Shown: in pieces, positions 61,746 to 64,000 of the stretch
How positions within the stretch are numbered: the stretch's first letter is position 1
Layout of the letters: each line of letters starts with the position of its first letter
From: Amoebophrya sp. A120
Taxonomy: Eukaryota; Protista; Dinoflagellata
Direction: 5' to 3'
Length of the DNA stretch: 64,000 nt
NCBI GenBank assembly: GCA_905178155.1
Contig: CAJINV010000009.1
Coordinates: 1,175,907-1,239,906, forward strand
Position numbers and translations under genes: made by a program
Notes under the pieces: generated by a model
Databases searched by the model: none
Told to the model about the DNA's origin: nothing
Seen by the model: the letters and a program-made list of their open reading frames with translations, nothing else

Positions 61746-63842
61746 TCACCACAAGCTTCCCATCCCCCGGACAAGGGATGTGCGGCGAGTACTTGACGCG
61801 GGATCATTGCCACCAGAAGCTTCGTTTGCCGCCCGATTAGCGCTAGGCTGGTGCGGAACCACTCCTGCGTTTGTTCTTGGAAGCGCACGACTTTGCGCGA
61901 ACCAATCGGCGGCTTTTTTCTGTGGTCCAGCTGCGCCCGCATTGCTCGTGCCTGTCGGCACAACACGCGGAACACTCGTCTCCCGCCGTCGGTCAAACGC
62001 AGAGCTTGCGTCAGAAATCGACGAGAGGTCAGAAGACAAACTGGAAATCGACTGGGAAGTGATGCTGGACGACGATGCGCGCGACTGCTCCCTGCTTCTA
62101 CTGTTTCCCAGGTTTTTAGACGATCTGCCCCTGTCGCGAGAAGGCTGCAAAGGATATCCGTGCTTCGCACCAGTGGCGTCATGGTCCCCTAGCTTATTTT
62201 TCACCGGGGCGCCTCCACTGCGCGGCTTTCGAGCCCCTGCAGGCGATTCTCTTCCTTCATTGCGGCGAAAACTTTTGGGTGAGCTGGTTGTCGCTGGCGA
62301 GGAGCAACTCCGGCGGGAACTCCGCGACCGCGGAACGTTGTCGTTGTACCCGACGGCTCTACCTTTCAAAGTGTTTGTCGTTCCGCCTCCGGTTGGTGTC
62401 TGCGATGCCGTGCGAGAGAGCCTCTTCGGTCGTTCTTGCAGCAGTAGCTCATGATTTTGTTCGTTTTTCCATTTCCTTTTCCGTCGGCGGTCTTTTTCGC
62501 CGTCCTCGGCGCCTGAAAATGAACACGCACCTCGGTCTGGACCGACCCGAATTCTGACCTCCTCATTCCGCTTCGCGACATCACCTCCGGCATCAGGGGT
62601 CGTTGACGCCTCTTTTGATCCCGCTGCAAGATCACTCTCGTCGGTTGTTCCAGTTGCGAGAATGGTCATGCGCTCCTGCAGCCTTTGTTCCTGTTCCTCC
62701 AGCACCTGGGCCAACCGCTGCCGTGCGCGTTCCTGCTTGCCCTCCTGTTTTTCGCAAATCCGCAGCCGTTCCTTCAGCGAGTGCGTCATGTACAGCAAAA
62801 TCCCCAGGACGATGAGGAAGACGAAGTAGATGAGCAACGAGCCCATCAGGTACCCCGAATTGAAACAGGGCTGGTTCAGCTGTCCCATGTTCACCAGGCG
62901 CATGGCCTCGAACCTACTCTTCACTGAAGTCAGTTGCATCCGCGAGATGATGTTGGTGCAGAATCCTAAAACAGCAAACGTCGTCGCGATCACCAACAGC
63001 GTGAACAGGCGGGACAGGTTGTTTGCGGACCACCGCTTGGGTGGATTTTCTTTGTCTTCGAGTAGCGACTTATTCCGCACGCTGGTTTCGTCCAACGTCT
63101 GCGTCACGCGGTCGAATAGACCCTTATGCTGTTGCTTCTGACTGTTGCGACTGACATTGATGTTCCGTTTGTTGTTTTCCGTTCTTGTTACAGGGTGACT
63201 CTCAGTGGTGCGTCTGCGGTCAGAAACACGGTGAGCGAAATCTTCCAGTTCGGTCGTGGCTTTTTTGCTCTTTATGCGCCCCGAGTGAATTATGTAGTGC
63301 GTGGCGAAAAAGAGCATGATGGTGCAAATCGAGGCCGAAAACTCCAGCACGGCGGGAAAAGCCAGTTCCTCCGGAATTTGGTCCTGGTACAAACCCTTCA
63401 TCTTGAAAACTTCCTCCCAGCAGTACACCGAGTTGGCCCCGGTCAGGTGCCACATGTGTGGCAGGCACACTGGAAACACGGCGGCCGACATGGCAAGCAC
63501 CAGACGGACCAGGCGTATCTCCCGCTCGCAGTGCGTGCGCTCCCGCTGCAGGTCGCGCGTGATCTTCTCCTCGGTGAAAGACTTGCTGAGGCGCAGATCG
63601 TATAGCAAACTCGTGTCAACATTCCTCCTGTTGTTTTCCGCTTCCTCCACTTCCAGTCCTCCCTTCTCCCGTACGCGGCCACTCTTGCTCGACCTGCGTG
63701 AGGCAGGTTGCTTGTCCAAAAATGGCTCGGACTCTGAGCCATAGTTCTCTGAGGGATTGTCGAAGCTGGACCTGCGGGAGCCTGCAAATGGCAACGATTT
63801 GTAGTTATTGTGCTTGTTCGCACGACCTGCTCCGCCCGGCAT
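61746..63842 (-). CDS. Hypothetical membrane protein (about 4 TM helices, coiled coil, low-complexity tail)
   Basis: Four hydrophobic segments (e.g. LFTLLVIATTFAVLGF, LLIYFVFLIVLGILLYM); GC3-rich codons in these segments; no family recognised. Confidence 0.75.
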   Translation of the reverse strand: MPGGAGRANKHNNYKSLPFAGSRRSSFDNPSENYGSESEPFLDKQPASRRSSKSGRVREKGGLEVEEAENNRRNVDTSLLYDLRLSKSFTEEKITRDLQRERTHCEREIRLVRLVLAMSAAVFPVCLPHMWHLTGANSVYCWEEVFKMKGLYQDQIPEELAFPAVLEFSASICTIMLFFATHYIIHSGRIKSKKATTELEDFAHRVSDRRRTTESHPVTRTENNKRNINVSRNSQKQQHKGLFDRVTQTLDETSVRNKSLLEDKENPPKRWSANNLSRLFTLLVIATTFAVLGFCTNIISRMQLTSVKSRFEAMRLVNMGQLNQPCFNSGYLMGSLLIYFVFLIVLGILLYMTHSLKERLRICEKQEGKQERARQRLAQVLEEQEQRLQERMTILATGTTDESDLAAGSKEASTTPDAGGDVAKRNEEVRIRVGPDRGACSFSGAEDGEKDRRRKRKWKNEQNHELLLQERPKRLSRTASQTPTGGGTTNTLKGRAVGYNDNVPRSRSSRRSCSSPATTSSPKSFRRNEGRESPAGARKPRSGGAPVKNKLGDHDATGAKHGYPLQPSRDRGRSSKNLGNSRSREQSRASSSSITSQSISSLSSDLSSISDASSAFDRRRETSVPRVVPTGTSNAGAAGPQKKAADWFAQSRALPRTNAGVVPHQPSANRAANEASGGNDPASSTRRTSLVRGMGSLW

Positions 63843-64000
63843 GATTTGTGTCCTAACAAACTTCAACACGATTATTTAGAGGCTTGACGACAGATAACAA
63901 GAGCAGCTGTGGCTGCCGGAAATATTCGTACACTCACAAAAAAAAATAACTCTGGCCTTATCCACAAGCAGTGGTCGCGGCAAGATATAGTCAAGCAAGG

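Noticed and set aside
1-64000. Global stop-codon reassignment; rRNA, tRNA or prokaryotic features
   Set aside because: Multi-kb ORFs are open under the standard code, and nearly all exon-ending stops fall in introns. No RNA genes were recognised by eye.

Overview
Eukaryotic, gene-dense window in which every recognisable gene lies on the minus strand. This co-orientation, the long low-complexity protein insertions and the many non-GT-AG introns suggest a syndinian dinoflagellate such as Amoebophrya (inference, no search run). Genes by position: a fragmentary SH3-like gene; two paralogous type-I membrane proteins with PAN/Apple-like domains and an acidic, Trp-ending tail (one has a LINE/RT fragment flanked by an 83-bp direct repeat at its 5' end); a two-pore channel; an ABHD17-like hydrolase with one in-frame TAG; an SPX-EXS phosphate exporter; a VPS9/VARP-like GEF; a PDS5-like protein; unknown ORFs; a roughly 3,800-aa tandem pseudo-protease plus active Deg/HtrA protease studded with SFL[E/Q] motifs; and a 4-TM protein. 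The main structural signal is at least 6, and up to 8, MITE-like introner elements of 262-420 bp. They have TA...TA termini, terminal inverted repeats, 5-bp target-site duplications and, in several cases, a shared internal TTTGT(C/G)ATGC motif. Removing an element plus one TSD copy restores the reading frame, usually without GT-AG ends. Ordinary GT-AG introns occur in the same window.
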